NCBI GenBank assembly: GCA_041747555.1 | Contig: JBGTEY010000008.1 | Location: 3,557-67,556 of the forward strand | DNA: 64,000 nucleotides | Direction: 5' to 3' | Origin: Patescibacteria group bacterium | GTDB taxonomy: Bacteria; Patescibacteriota; Microgenomatia; UBA1400; PJMF01 | Shown here: piece by piece, positions 39,282 to 48,224 of the stretch | Position numbering within the stretch: the first letter of the stretch is position 1 | How the letters are laid out: the number at the start of each line of letters is the position of its first letter | Translations under genes and position numbers: made by a program | The notes under the pieces: generated by a model | What the model saw: the letters and a program-made list of their open reading frames with translations, nothing else | What the model was told of the DNA's origin: nothing | Databases searched by the model: none

Positions 39282-41561
39282 TTATTTGAGCGTGGCGATG
39301 GTGTCCCTCAGAATTGCCGCAAGTTCGAAATCCATTTCTTTTACTGCGTCGTTCATTCGTCTTCTGAGTTTTCTGGAGAGGCGATTTTTATCTGCTGGCG
39401 TCAATTCTTGGGGTGAAATTTGTGAAATGTCGATCCGTTCGTTCTTTGTAAGCTGCACGATCATACCTTCTGCGTTTCTTGAGGTGTCGTGACTAAATTG
39501 TTTGTCGTCTTCTTCATCTTTTTCGAGCATTCGGTCTCTAAATGGTTTCTGAATTGAAGCTGGGGTGATGCCGTGCTTGGTGTTGTACTCAATTTGAACT
39601 TGACGTCTTCTGAGTGTCTCGCCGATGGCAGCTTTGATTGATTTGGTAAAGCGATTGGCATACAAAATAACTTGGCCTTCTTGGTGTCTGGCGGCGCGAC
39701 CCATGGTTTGGACGAGCGCGGTTCTGGAGCGCAGGAAGCCTTCTTTGTCTGCATCCAGGATGGCAACGAGGGATACTTCTGGCAAGTCGAGCCCTTCTCT
39801 GAGGAGGTTGATCCCGACCACGACGTCGTAAACGCCTCTTCTCAAATCATCGAGAATATCTGAGCGCTCGAGCGTTTCAATATCAGAGTGAAGGTATGCG
39901 ACTGCTGGATAGACCAGCGAATCGGTTGAAATATTTGGAACTTGGCCGCGTTGGAGGTGGCGGTAGAATTTTTCATCAATTGGTCCTATTTCCATGTCGT
40001 CTACGGGCAAGTTTTCTTCTGCCCAGATTGTTTTTTCTGATTGGTCTGAGTCTGCTTCTGCTTGTTTTTTTGCAAAATAGCTTTTAACCAGTGAGTCGAT
40101 TTTTTGGTGGTCGTTGAGGTAGTCGGTCAGGGCTTCTGCCATTTTTTTGGTGAGGGTGGTGACGAGGGTTCTTTGGCCAATTTGTTTTCTGATGATGATT
40201 TCTACGACCAAGTCTTCTATTTGCCCGTCAATTTGTCTGAGTTCCACGGTTGGGTCAACGAGTCCTGTGGGGCGAATGAGTTGTTCGACCACGTGGTCTT
40301 TAGAAAGCGAAACCTCAAGCTCTTCTGGTGTTGCGGAGACATACACCATTTGTTTGGTCTTACCCATAAATTCATCGAATTTGAGTGGTCTGTTGTCAAG
40401 CGCCGACGGAAGTCTAAATCCATACTCAATAAGTGTTTCTTTCCTTGATCTATCGCCAAAATACATTCCGCGTATTTGGGGTAGTGTTATGTGACTTTCA
40501 TCAACAATTGTCAGAAATCCATTGTTGCTGATTGAGTTGGAATTTTCTATAAAATAGTCCAGTAACGAGAATGGTGGTTCGCCTGATTTTCGGGAATCAA
40601 AGTACACAGAATAATTCTCAATACCATTGGCGTATCCAAATTCTCGCATCATCTCGGTGTCGTAGTGGACTTTTTGTTCCAGTCGATAGGCTTCAATAAC
40701 TTTCCCCTGCTCTCTGAGTTCGTGGAGACGTTTTTGGAGGTCGATTTCTATTTGGTCGAGGGCTGCAGTTTGTGATTTTGGATCCATCACATAATGCTTG
40801 GCTGGATAAATGATAAATCGTTTTCCTTCCTTATTCTCGCTAAATGCGCCGGTGTTTGAAGGCGTGACGGTGCTGCCGGTCACGGGATCGATCCAAACAA
40901 TGGTGGTGATTTTGTCGCTGAGTGTATCGATGCGCAGTGCGCGGTCCTCATACGCTGGCCAGAGCTGAATCATGTCGCCACGGATGCGGTAGGTGCCGCG
41001 ACGGAGCTCGGTGTCGGTTCGGTCGTACTGGAGATTTGAAAGTTGTAGAAATAAACTTTCACGCTTGATGACCATGCCTTCAACGAGTTTGAGGAGGTAT
41101 TTTCCGTACTCAACTGGTGAGCCTAGGTTATAGATGCAGGAGACAGATGCGACGACAATGGTATCGGGACGGGTCAGGAGGTTGGTGGTGGTTGCCAGAC
41201 GTAGTTTGTCTATTTCGTCGTTGATGGTGGCTTCTTTTTCGATATAGGTGTCGCTACTGGGGATGTAGGCTTCTGGTTGGTAGTAGTCGTAGTAGGAGAC
41301 AAAGTAGCTGACTGCATTGTCTGGAAAAAAGTCGCGGAATTCTTGGTAGAGCTGCGCGGCAAGGGTTTTGTTGTGGGCAATGACGAGGGTTGGTTTTTGG
41401 GTTTGCTCAATGACGTTGGCCATGGTGTAGGTTTTGCCTGAGCCCGTTACACCGAGGAGGGTTTGGTGTTGGAAGTCGGTTTTGATGCCCTCGACGATTT
41501 TTTTGATGGCGTCGGGTTGGTCGCCTGAAGGTTGGTAGTTTGAGTGGAGTTTGAAGTTCAT
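39282..41561 (-). CDS. uvrB: Excinuclease ABC subunit B with an internal insertion
   Basis: GVTGSGKT, YYDYYQPEAY, DESH, GFRLPSALDNRPL, GINLLREGLDLPEV; start at MNFKL. Confidence 0.97.
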   Translation of the reverse strand: MNFKLHSNYQPSGDQPDAIKKIVEGIKTDFQHQTLLGVTGSGKTYTMANVIEQTQKPTLVIAHNKTLAAQLYQEFRDFFPDNAVSYFVSYYDYYQPEAYIPSSDTYIEKEATINDEIDKLRLATTTNLLTRPDTIVVASVSCIYNLGSPVEYGKYLLKLVEGMVIKRESLFLQLSNLQYDRTDTELRRGTYRIRGDMIQLWPAYEDRALRIDTLSDKITTIVWIDPVTGSTVTPSNTGAFSENKEGKRFIIYPAKHYVMDPKSQTAALDQIEIDLQKRLHELREQGKVIEAYRLEQKVHYDTEMMREFGYANGIENYSVYFDSRKSGEPPFSLLDYFIENSNSISNNGFLTIVDESHITLPQIRGMYFGDRSRKETLIEYGFRLPSALDNRPLKFDEFMGKTKQMVYVSATPEELEVSLSKDHVVEQLIRPTGLVDPTVELRQIDGQIEDLVVEIIIRKQIGQRTLVTTLTKKMAEALTDYLNDHQKIDSLVKSYFAKKQAEADSDQSEKTIWAEENLPVDDMEIGPIDEKFYRHLQRGQVPNISTDSLVYPAVAYLHSDIETLERSDILDDLRRGVYDVVVGINLLREGLDLPEVSLVAILDADKEGFLRSRTALVQTMGRAARHQEGQVILYANRFTKSIKAAIGETLRRRQVQIEYNTKHGITPASIQKPFRDRMLEKDEEDDKQFSHDTSRNAEGMIVQLTKNERIDISQISPQELTPADKNRLSRKLRRRMNDAVKEMDFELAAILRDTIATLK

Positions 41562-41604
41562 TCGGGTTGTATTGTAGCAGATATCGATGTGGCATAATGA
41601 CGAT

Positions 41605-42078
41605 ATGATCAATCCAAACCAAGAACTATACCACTGCCCAATCTGCCTTGGAAATCAAGGAATTGAAAATGAACATACCATGCTCTTGCAGCAAGATCTA
41701 GTACACCGCAATGATCTTGTTAGTATCTGGATGAACTCGTTTTGGATTGAGGGAAACGAAGGTCATCTGATTATCGTTCCGAATGAGCATTTCGAAAATT
41801 TGTACACGCTACCGGCCAACATTGGCACAGCTATTTTTGAAGCCTCCAAACAAGTTGCGCTAGCGCTTAAGACCGCTTACAAGTGTGACGGTATTACGTT
41901 GCGGCAAAATAACGAGCCTGCGGGAGATCAGCATGCGATGCATTATCACTTGCATGTGTTTCCGCGGTATAATGGTGATAGTCTTAATGAGAATATATTG
42001 AAACAGAAGCGGGTGGCGTCTGTAGCTGATAGGCTGGCAAAGGTTAATAAACTCAAGCCATATATCAACTCAAGCTAA
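41605..42078 (+). CDS. HIT family hydrolase
   Basis: CPIC and HYHLHVFPR histidine triad. Confidence 0.92.
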   Translation: MINPNQELYHCPICLGNQGIENEHTMLLQQDLVHRNDLVSIWMNSFWIEGNEGHLIIVPNEHFENLYTLPANIGTAIFEASKQVALALKTAYKCDGITLRQNNEPAGDQHAMHYHLHVFPRYNGDSLNENILKQKRVASVADRLAKVNKLKPYINSS

Positions 42079-42141
42079 AAGATCAGGTTCACCCAAATAA
42101 CTCCCAAGATAACCCTCAATGCCAGAAAGATAGTAGAAGCG

Positions 42142-42672
42142 TCATTGTAGTTTCAGCTGAAATACTAGCTCTTCAGTAGTTAGTGAATCAGTTTCTTTGA
42201 AGTTAAACTTTTCCGCTATTTTTCTTGTAGCCAGGTTATCTGGATGGCTGGTCAAAATGATTTTTCTACATCCAAGATTTTTTAAGTTATTAATGATGGA
42301 GTTTAGCACTTGGGTCGCTATTCCTTTTCCCCATGCCTCAGTCACTCCCATTACAATGCTAACCTCGCAGCTTGAGATATCATCTTCTTGCGAACTGGTG
42401 CCAAGGTGTCCTATAAATCCAAAAATAGGGTGGTTAATTCGGTAATATTGCTTGAGTGGATTCGATGTAGAGTGAAGCATAAATCCTTGAACAGGTGGAA
42501 CTCTAAGAAATTGAGTGACCTCAGGGTTTTTAAACCAACTTTCATAATATGGCGTTTCATTGCCGTCGAAAATGGTCAATGTAATTCCAGTTGCTCCTAC
42601 TACCAACTTTTTATCCAGTAATTTGTTGATCGGAACTGAGCTCAGTTTGAGATATTCAATTTTTCTATCCAT
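42142..42672 (-). CDS. GNAT N-acetyltransferase (RimJ/RimL-like)
   Basis: WGKGIAT acetyl-CoA motif, N.A..K..EKF.F. Confidence 0.8.
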   Translation of the reverse strand: MDRKIEYLKLSSVPINKLLDKKLVVGATGITLTIFDGNETPYYESWFKNPEVTQFLRVPPVQGFMLHSTSNPLKQYYRINHPIFGFIGHLGTSSQEDDISSCEVSIVMGVTEAWGKGIATQVLNSIINNLKNLGCRKIILTSHPDNLATRKIAEKFNFKETDSLTTEELVFQLKLQ

Positions 42673-43999
42673 ATCTCACCTCCCCCACCAAATACAACGA
42701 CCCCGTAACCAAAGCCCCAACCCCCATCTCACTCGCCAACTCTTCCGCACGCTCCAACGCAACAGAACTATCAACCTCCAAAAACACCGGCACAGCCAAC
42801 ACCTCCTCCGCCACCTTCACCAACTCCTCCGCCAGAAAATGCAAATTAAGCCCCATGTCAGTTGCCTGACTAAACTGCGTCACCACCATTGCCGCCACAA
42901 TCGGCTCCAATAGTTCCAGCATTTCATCAGCATTTTTATTTTTCTTCAATCCAAAAACTACCACTGCCTGCCGTCCAGGATACGCAGCCTGCCAGGCAGA
43001 TACCAAAGCCTTAATCTTGTCAGGATTATGCGCGCCATCAAGCACCAAGAGTGGATTATCCCGAATGATCTCAAACCTGCCAGCGAACGCTGTGGTGCTC
43101 AGGGCTTTTTTAATAATTTCTGGCGAAAGCTCAATTTCATGCGCCTTAGCAAATTCCAAGCAAGCTGTGATCGCCAAACTCGCATTTGCAACTTGGTACA
43201 GCCCTGGTGTTTTGACAATAATTTCTGATATTCGATCGTCACCATTTACATAGTCAAATTGAGAACTGTGTGCGTCCGCTGACACTTTTTCTGCCCTAAA
43301 ATCCTGCCCAGAAACCAGTAGCGGCACCTGCTGATCTGCGCAGTGCGTCTGCAATAAATCGAGTAAATCAGGCTGGTCCACCCCAGTCACAGCGACCGCA
43401 TTTCCTGGTTTAATCACCTGCATTTTGTCTTGGAGAATCTTAGTTTTGGTATCACCCAGAATTTGGGTGTGATCCAGCCCCACATTAGTAACAACACAAA
43501 CTGTTGCCTCAAGCACATTGGTCCCATCAAACTTACCACCGAGACCTGCCTCAATCACCGCTGCATCAACACCCTCGCTCGCAAACCACACAAAACACGC
43601 AGCAACAAGCACTTCAAAATAGCTTGGCTTGCCGTACTGGTACTCTGCCATACCATCAATTGTGGGGAGCAGTTCATTGATCACTTGTACAAATTGGTCC
43701 TCAGAAATCAGTTGACCATCAATCACAAACCGCTCCCTCATGGTCTGCAAGTGCGGTGAGGTATGCAGGCCTACTTTCAACCCTGCCTGTTGCAAGATTT
43801 TCGCAGACAGATATGCGGTCGAACCTTTGCCTGCAGTTCCGACGATGTGAATTGTTTTGTATTTGAGCTGTGGATTGCCGAGCCTGCGAAGAAACTCGCG
43901 CATCCGCTCGAGGCCCAAATGACCAGGAAATACTTCCGTTTGGCCGGTGGGGATTTTACTATGGAGGTAGCTTTCAGCTTCTGCAAAAGAATTGATCAT
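42665..43999 (-). CDS. folC: Folylpolyglutamate synthase / dihydrofolate synthase
   Basis: HIVGTAGKGST, TSPHL, EAGLGGKFDGTN, GLDHT..LG, GRFE, LDGAHN, TGSLYLVG. Confidence 0.94.
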   Translation of the reverse strand: MINSFAEAESYLHSKIPTGQTEVFPGHLGLERMREFLRRLGNPQLKYKTIHIVGTAGKGSTAYLSAKILQQAGLKVGLHTSPHLQTMRERFVIDGQLISEDQFVQVINELLPTIDGMAEYQYGKPSYFEVLVAACFVWFASEGVDAAVIEAGLGGKFDGTNVLEATVCVVTNVGLDHTQILGDTKTKILQDKMQVIKPGNAVAVTGVDQPDLLDLLQTHCADQQVPLLVSGQDFRAEKVSADAHSSQFDYVNGDDRISEIIVKTPGLYQVANASLAITACLEFAKAHEIELSPEIIKKALSTTAFAGRFEIIRDNPLLVLDGAHNPDKIKALVSAWQAAYPGRQAVVVFGLKKNKNADEMLELLEPIVAAMVVTQFSQATDMGLNLHFLAEELVKVAEEVLAVPVFLEVDSSVALERAEELASEMGVGALVTGSLYLVGEVRYG

Positions 44000-44048
44000 T
44001 AGCAGCTATTCTAGCAGGTATTTTTTTATTTTTTACAAAGTTGGATTT

Positions 44049-45047
44049 TTACAGTTCAAATGTCAAATCAAACACCGGCTCAGCCTTCGCCCCAAACTTG
44101 AACTTATACTCCTCATCACCGCGCAAGAAATCATAGCGAGTCATGTTGTGTTCTATCGCGTGTTGAATGGTATAGGCTGTCAAAATTGCCCCTGTCCCGA
44201 GCGAAGTATAGGCGTCACTCAAGTACCCCGAGTTGTATAAATAATATTGCTTGTTGTACTCAAAAATAAGCATCGTAGACACGGCCTTCCCCTCTATCTT
44301 GAGGAAAAATAACCTCAGCCAGTTTTTTTCTGCAGCTTTTTGTAAAAATGACTTGAAGAATGCGATGTGTTCTTCATCCCAAAATCGAGCTTTATCATCA
44401 GACGATGCCGCATGCAACTCGATAAAGGTCTGGGTGGCCTGTTCTACTTCTTGAGGCTTGGTCACCACCTCAAAATCAAATGCAACTTCTCGCTCCATTT
44501 TTCTAAATTTTCGCTTGATTTCATGGCGCTGTTTGCGATCAAGACTGTCGAGATATACTTCCCAACTGTCTGGCAAGTCGATGACGGGACAAACTTCTTG
44601 TTGGGTTTCTGTAATTGCATAGTGGAGATGTTTTTGAAGCAGTTGGCGAGTGGGTGAGGTGTGAGGAATACTGCAAAGTTCGGCGCGTTCCCAGAGGATT
44701 CTCGTATCGGTAAATATGTTTCCAATCGTTGCGAAAAACTCCTCTTGGTGTTCTGGATCATAAATAAAATCAAGATAATCTGCCACATTTTTACACCCTA
44801 CAAATCCTAATTGTGGCAAGTCTTCATCGTTCGTATATAAGTACAACGGTGCAATTCCAATCAGCTCTTCATTTTTCATGACCCTGATAATCTGTAGTGA
44901 TCCCTGACCGATTGTATTCCACCAGGCTTCCATAAATGTGGGAGTCATGAACAGATGCGAAACAGCAGCCTTCTCGAGTAATTCTTCCCATTGTCTACTG
45001 TATTGCTCAAATACACTTTTTTCTGTTGTTATATATGCCTGTGCCAT
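44049..45047 (-). CDS. GNAT-family (CelD/BcsL, Acetyltransf_6) protein
   Basis: F.TP.F..AWW, ADYLD, LP.SWE.YL..L, YDFLRGDEEYK. Confidence 0.85.
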   Translation of the reverse strand: MAQAYITTEKSVFEQYSRQWEELLEKAAVSHLFMTPTFMEAWWNTIGQGSLQIIRVMKNEELIGIAPLYLYTNDEDLPQLGFVGCKNVADYLDFIYDPEHQEEFFATIGNIFTDTRILWERAELCSIPHTSPTRQLLQKHLHYAITETQQEVCPVIDLPDSWEVYLDSLDRKQRHEIKRKFRKMEREVAFDFEVVTKPQEVEQATQTFIELHAASSDDKARFWDEEHIAFFKSFLQKAAEKNWLRLFFLKIEGKAVSTMLIFEYNKQYYLYNSGYLSDAYTSLGTGAILTAYTIQHAIEHNMTRYDFLRGDEEYKFKFGAKAEPVFDLTFEL

Positions 45048-45098
45048 GGTGAGCCGTAGTATAGCAGTTGTTGTATACTGTGCTTATAAATCACTAGT

Positions 45099-45719
45099 AT
45101 GACAAAATCTACATCTACAGAAACTGCATCTCAAAAAAATAAAAAATCTCAAGGTACTCCGCGCAAAATTTCAAGCATCTCAACTAAAACCGGCGATGCT
45201 GGTAAAACCGGACTTGGTTCCGGTGACCGAGTACTCAAATCCAGCCCTTCAATTGAAGTCGTCGGCACACTTGATGAGCTCAATTCTTGGCTGGGAGTTG
45301 TCGCCGCAGCACTTGGAGTTGAACACAAAACATATCAAAATCAAATCTATGACATCCAGTCAGTGCTCTTTCACCTCGGCGCAGAGCTGATCGGATCACC
45401 ACTCACTGAATTGTCTAAAATATCTCTCACTTCACTAGAAAAACGCGCAACCTCAATTCAAGACGCGCTCAAACCTGGTTGGCACACGACATTTTTATTA
45501 CCTGGTGGAACGCTAGTAGCGTCATACGTCGATGTTTCTCGAACAGTCTGCAGACGTGCAGAGCGCAGAATTGTAGATCTGCACCAATCACAACCAGTCA
45601 GGCCGATTGTGTTGCAGTATCTCAATCGATTATCAGATTACTTATATCTCTTGCGATGTCACCTCAATCACGCTGCAGAATACAGTGAAAAACCATTTGA
45701 TAGAACTACTCCGCAGTAA
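45099..45719 (+). CDS. PduO-type ATP:cob(I)alamin adenosyltransferase
   Basis: TKTGDAGKT, GTLDELNS, FLLPGG, RTVCRRAER, YLNRLSDYL. Confidence 0.92.
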   Translation: MTKSTSTETASQKNKKSQGTPRKISSISTKTGDAGKTGLGSGDRVLKSSPSIEVVGTLDELNSWLGVVAAALGVEHKTYQNQIYDIQSVLFHLGAELIGSPLTELSKISLTSLEKRATSIQDALKPGWHTTFLLPGGTLVASYVDVSRTVCRRAERRIVDLHQSQPVRPIVLQYLNRLSDYLYLLRCHLNHAAEYSEKPFDRTTPQ

Positions 45720-45747
45720 GAAAGTTGGGCTGAGGCTAGCTTGGAGT

Positions 45748-46368
45748 CTAATACTTAAATTTTCGGATCAATCCAACGACTCTTCCCTGAATTTGAACGT
45801 TCGTTGCATAAATTGGGCTCATGGATGAGTTTGCTGGCTCGAGACGAATGCGGGTCATTTCTTTGTAGTACCGTTTGAGTGTGGCGAAGCCATTTTCTAA
45901 TAATGCCACGACGATGTCGCCGTTTTTGACGTCATGTGTTTCTTCTATAACCACAAAGTCACCGTCATCAATGTGATCTTCAATCATTGATTGTCCTTTG
46001 ACTTGAAGTACATATGCTCGTTTTTTCCCAGTTACCAGATGTGGTGAGACTTTAAACGTCGCATCCTGATCTGGATGTGGTTCGATTGGTGAACCAGCTG
46101 CAATGTATCCAAGGAGCGGCAAATCAATACTCTCAGACATATTGAGAAACGTTCGATCGACAAGCTCAATACCGCGAACCGCGCCCTCGTGTTTTTTAAT
46201 TACTTTTTTGCGTTGTAATGCCTGGAGGTGTTCGTGGACTGTTGCTAGTGAAGATACACCAATTGCTTGAGCCATTTCTTTGAGCGTCGGGGAAAATCCG
46301 TTTTTTTGGATATACTGGGCAATAAAGTCGACTAATTGCCGTTGACGTTTATAAAGTGTGACTGCCAT
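45748..46368 (-). CDS. lexA: SOS repressor LexA
   Basis: SPTLKEM winged HTH, IAAG cleavage site, G.SM catalytic Ser, ATLKR Lys, LEPAN; start at MAVTL. Confidence 0.96.
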   Translation of the reverse strand: MAVTLYKRQRQLVDFIAQYIQKNGFSPTLKEMAQAIGVSSLATVHEHLQALQRKKVIKKHEGAVRGIELVDRTFLNMSESIDLPLLGYIAAGSPIEPHPDQDATFKVSPHLVTGKKRAYVLQVKGQSMIEDHIDDGDFVVIEETHDVKNGDIVVALLENGFATLKRYYKEMTRIRLEPANSSMSPIYATNVQIQGRVVGLIRKFKY

Positions 46369-46430
46369 ATATAATCCTTTGTGTGTTATTTCCTTCGGGC
46401 GTAAGCTTCCCGAAGCTATCAACAGAATAG

Positions 46431-46520
46431 CCGAAGAACCCCCAAACAATCAATCGGATCTTAATGGATAAATAACTATAAAACTATATCAAATTGATTA
46501 TCAGCCGAATAGAAACCGAA
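46431..46520. promoter_or_regulatory. Candidate LexA operators, CCGAA-N6-CCGAA direct repeats
   Basis: CCGAA-tagaaa-CCGAA (46505-46520) and CCGAA-gaaccc-CCAAA (46431-46446) upstream of lexA. Confidence 0.5.
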
Positions 46521-46521
46521 A

Positions 46522-48219
46522 CTACACCAAAGCGCGACCAGTCATTGAGTCAGGTTTTGAAATGCCCATTATGCTAAGGAGCGTGGGCGCTATGTCAGCC
46601 AGGATACCTGTGGGTAGCATGGTTGGTTTATTGGCGAACTGTCTACCGATAATCAAGAGTGGGACTGGGTAAATTGAGTGTTCAGTATCAACTTCACCGG
46701 TTTGATTGTTGATGAGCTCTTCTGCATTTCCATGATCTGCAGTAATGAGGACCGTACCGCCCCTAGCATACGCAGCATTTACTATTTTTCCTACGTGTTC
46801 GTCGAGAATTTCACAGGCCTCAATGGTAGCGTCGAGATTGCCGGTATGACCGACCATGTCACCATTACAAAGATTCGAAATTATGACGTCATACATGTCT
46901 TTATTTATTCGATCGACCATCTCTGCAGCTATCTCTGGGGTGCTCATGGCTGGAGCTTGATCATATGATTTTACCCCTTTGGAAGGAAAAATAACGCGAT
47001 CTTCTCCTGGATATAACACTTCTTGTTGTCCGTTGAGATAGTAGGTAACAAACTTTTCTTTTTCAGTTTCGGTAGTTCTGAGTTGTCTGAGGCCATGCAT
47101 GGAGAGCACTTTACAGAGTGGATTTTTGATATTTTGCGGAGGAAATGCGACATCAGTTGGCAAATTTTCCTCATATCTGGTCATGGTGACGAAGTAGACG
47201 TTATTTACTTTTTTTTGTCGAATAAAAGTTTCTGATCCAATGGGTGTTTTTTGAATATTTGTATTTTCATACTTTTCTGCGTAAGGGTCGAATGCCTCGT
47301 CCTGTACGCCCTCTTCAAAATTTGGTAACACAAATGCTCTTGTTAATTCACGCGGTCGATCGATACGGTAGTTGAAGAAAATTACTGCGTCATTGTCATT
47401 GATAGTGACAGGATTTCCGTCTTGCCCAAGGATGCTGACGGGCTCTATAAACTCGTCAGTAATGTCGGCATCATATTGCTCTCTGAGTGCCTGAACTGGA
47501 TCGGTGCTGGTCTTCTCGCTACCAACGGTGAGGCAGTTGTAGGCACGTTCGATGCGATCCCACCGTTTGTCACGATCCATCGCGTAGTAGCGACCCATGA
47601 GCGACGCGATTTGACCGACACCAATATCTTTGCATCGATCTAAAATATGCTGGACGTATGAAATTCCCGACGTTGGCGGTGAGTCACGACCATCGGTAAA
47701 ACCATGAATTAAAACATCTGTCATGCCGTTCATTTTGCAAAAATGCAGTAGTGCATAGAGATGTTCGATATTTGAGTGCACTCCCCCTGCCCCAATTAAA
47801 CCCATAAGATGGATTCGAGAATTATTTCTGCGAACGTGTGCAATTGCATTTAAAAACGCCTGTGTATTCGCAAAAGTTCCATCGGCTATAGACATGTTAA
47901 TTCGGGGTAAATCTTGGTAGACGATGTGTCCGGCACCAATGTTGAGATGGCCAGTTTCGGTGTTGCCGTCTTCACCGCGTGGTAGACCAACTGCTTCGCC
48001 ACTCGCCGTAATTTGGGTATGGGGAAATGACATCCAGAAGCGATCCATGTTTGGAGTTTTGGCTCGCATGATCGCATTACCTGCGTTGTTTGGACCAATA
48101 CCCCACCCATCAAGAATGAGGAGTACGACGGGACTTGGCCCACGATACGGTTGACGAGCATGAGTTTCATTGAAAGGAAGACTCGTCACTTTGGGTTGTA
48201 TTGATTGATCGTCAGACAT
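46522..48219 (-). CDS. gpmI: 2,3-bisphosphoglycerate-independent phosphoglycerate mutase
   Basis: ILDGWG, GNTETGH, GGVHS, DGRD, GRYYAMDRD, DMVGHTG, ADHGNAE. Confidence 0.96.
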   Translation of the reverse strand: MSDDQSIQPKVTSLPFNETHARQPYRGPSPVVLLILDGWGIGPNNAGNAIMRAKTPNMDRFWMSFPHTQITASGEAVGLPRGEDGNTETGHLNIGAGHIVYQDLPRINMSIADGTFANTQAFLNAIAHVRRNNSRIHLMGLIGAGGVHSNIEHLYALLHFCKMNGMTDVLIHGFTDGRDSPPTSGISYVQHILDRCKDIGVGQIASLMGRYYAMDRDKRWDRIERAYNCLTVGSEKTSTDPVQALREQYDADITDEFIEPVSILGQDGNPVTINDNDAVIFFNYRIDRPRELTRAFVLPNFEEGVQDEAFDPYAEKYENTNIQKTPIGSETFIRQKKVNNVYFVTMTRYEENLPTDVAFPPQNIKNPLCKVLSMHGLRQLRTTETEKEKFVTYYLNGQQEVLYPGEDRVIFPSKGVKSYDQAPAMSTPEIAAEMVDRINKDMYDVIISNLCNGDMVGHTGNLDATIEACEILDEHVGKIVNAAYARGGTVLITADHGNAEELINNQTGEVDTEHSIYPVPLLIIGRQFANKPTMLPTGILADIAPTLLSIMGISKPDSMTGRALV

Positions 48220-48224
48220 AGAGA

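Noticed and set aside
39906-40110. UvrB insertion as a mini-intein
   Set aside because: No N-terminal Cys/Ser block, no His-Asn followed by Cys/Ser/Thr, and too short.
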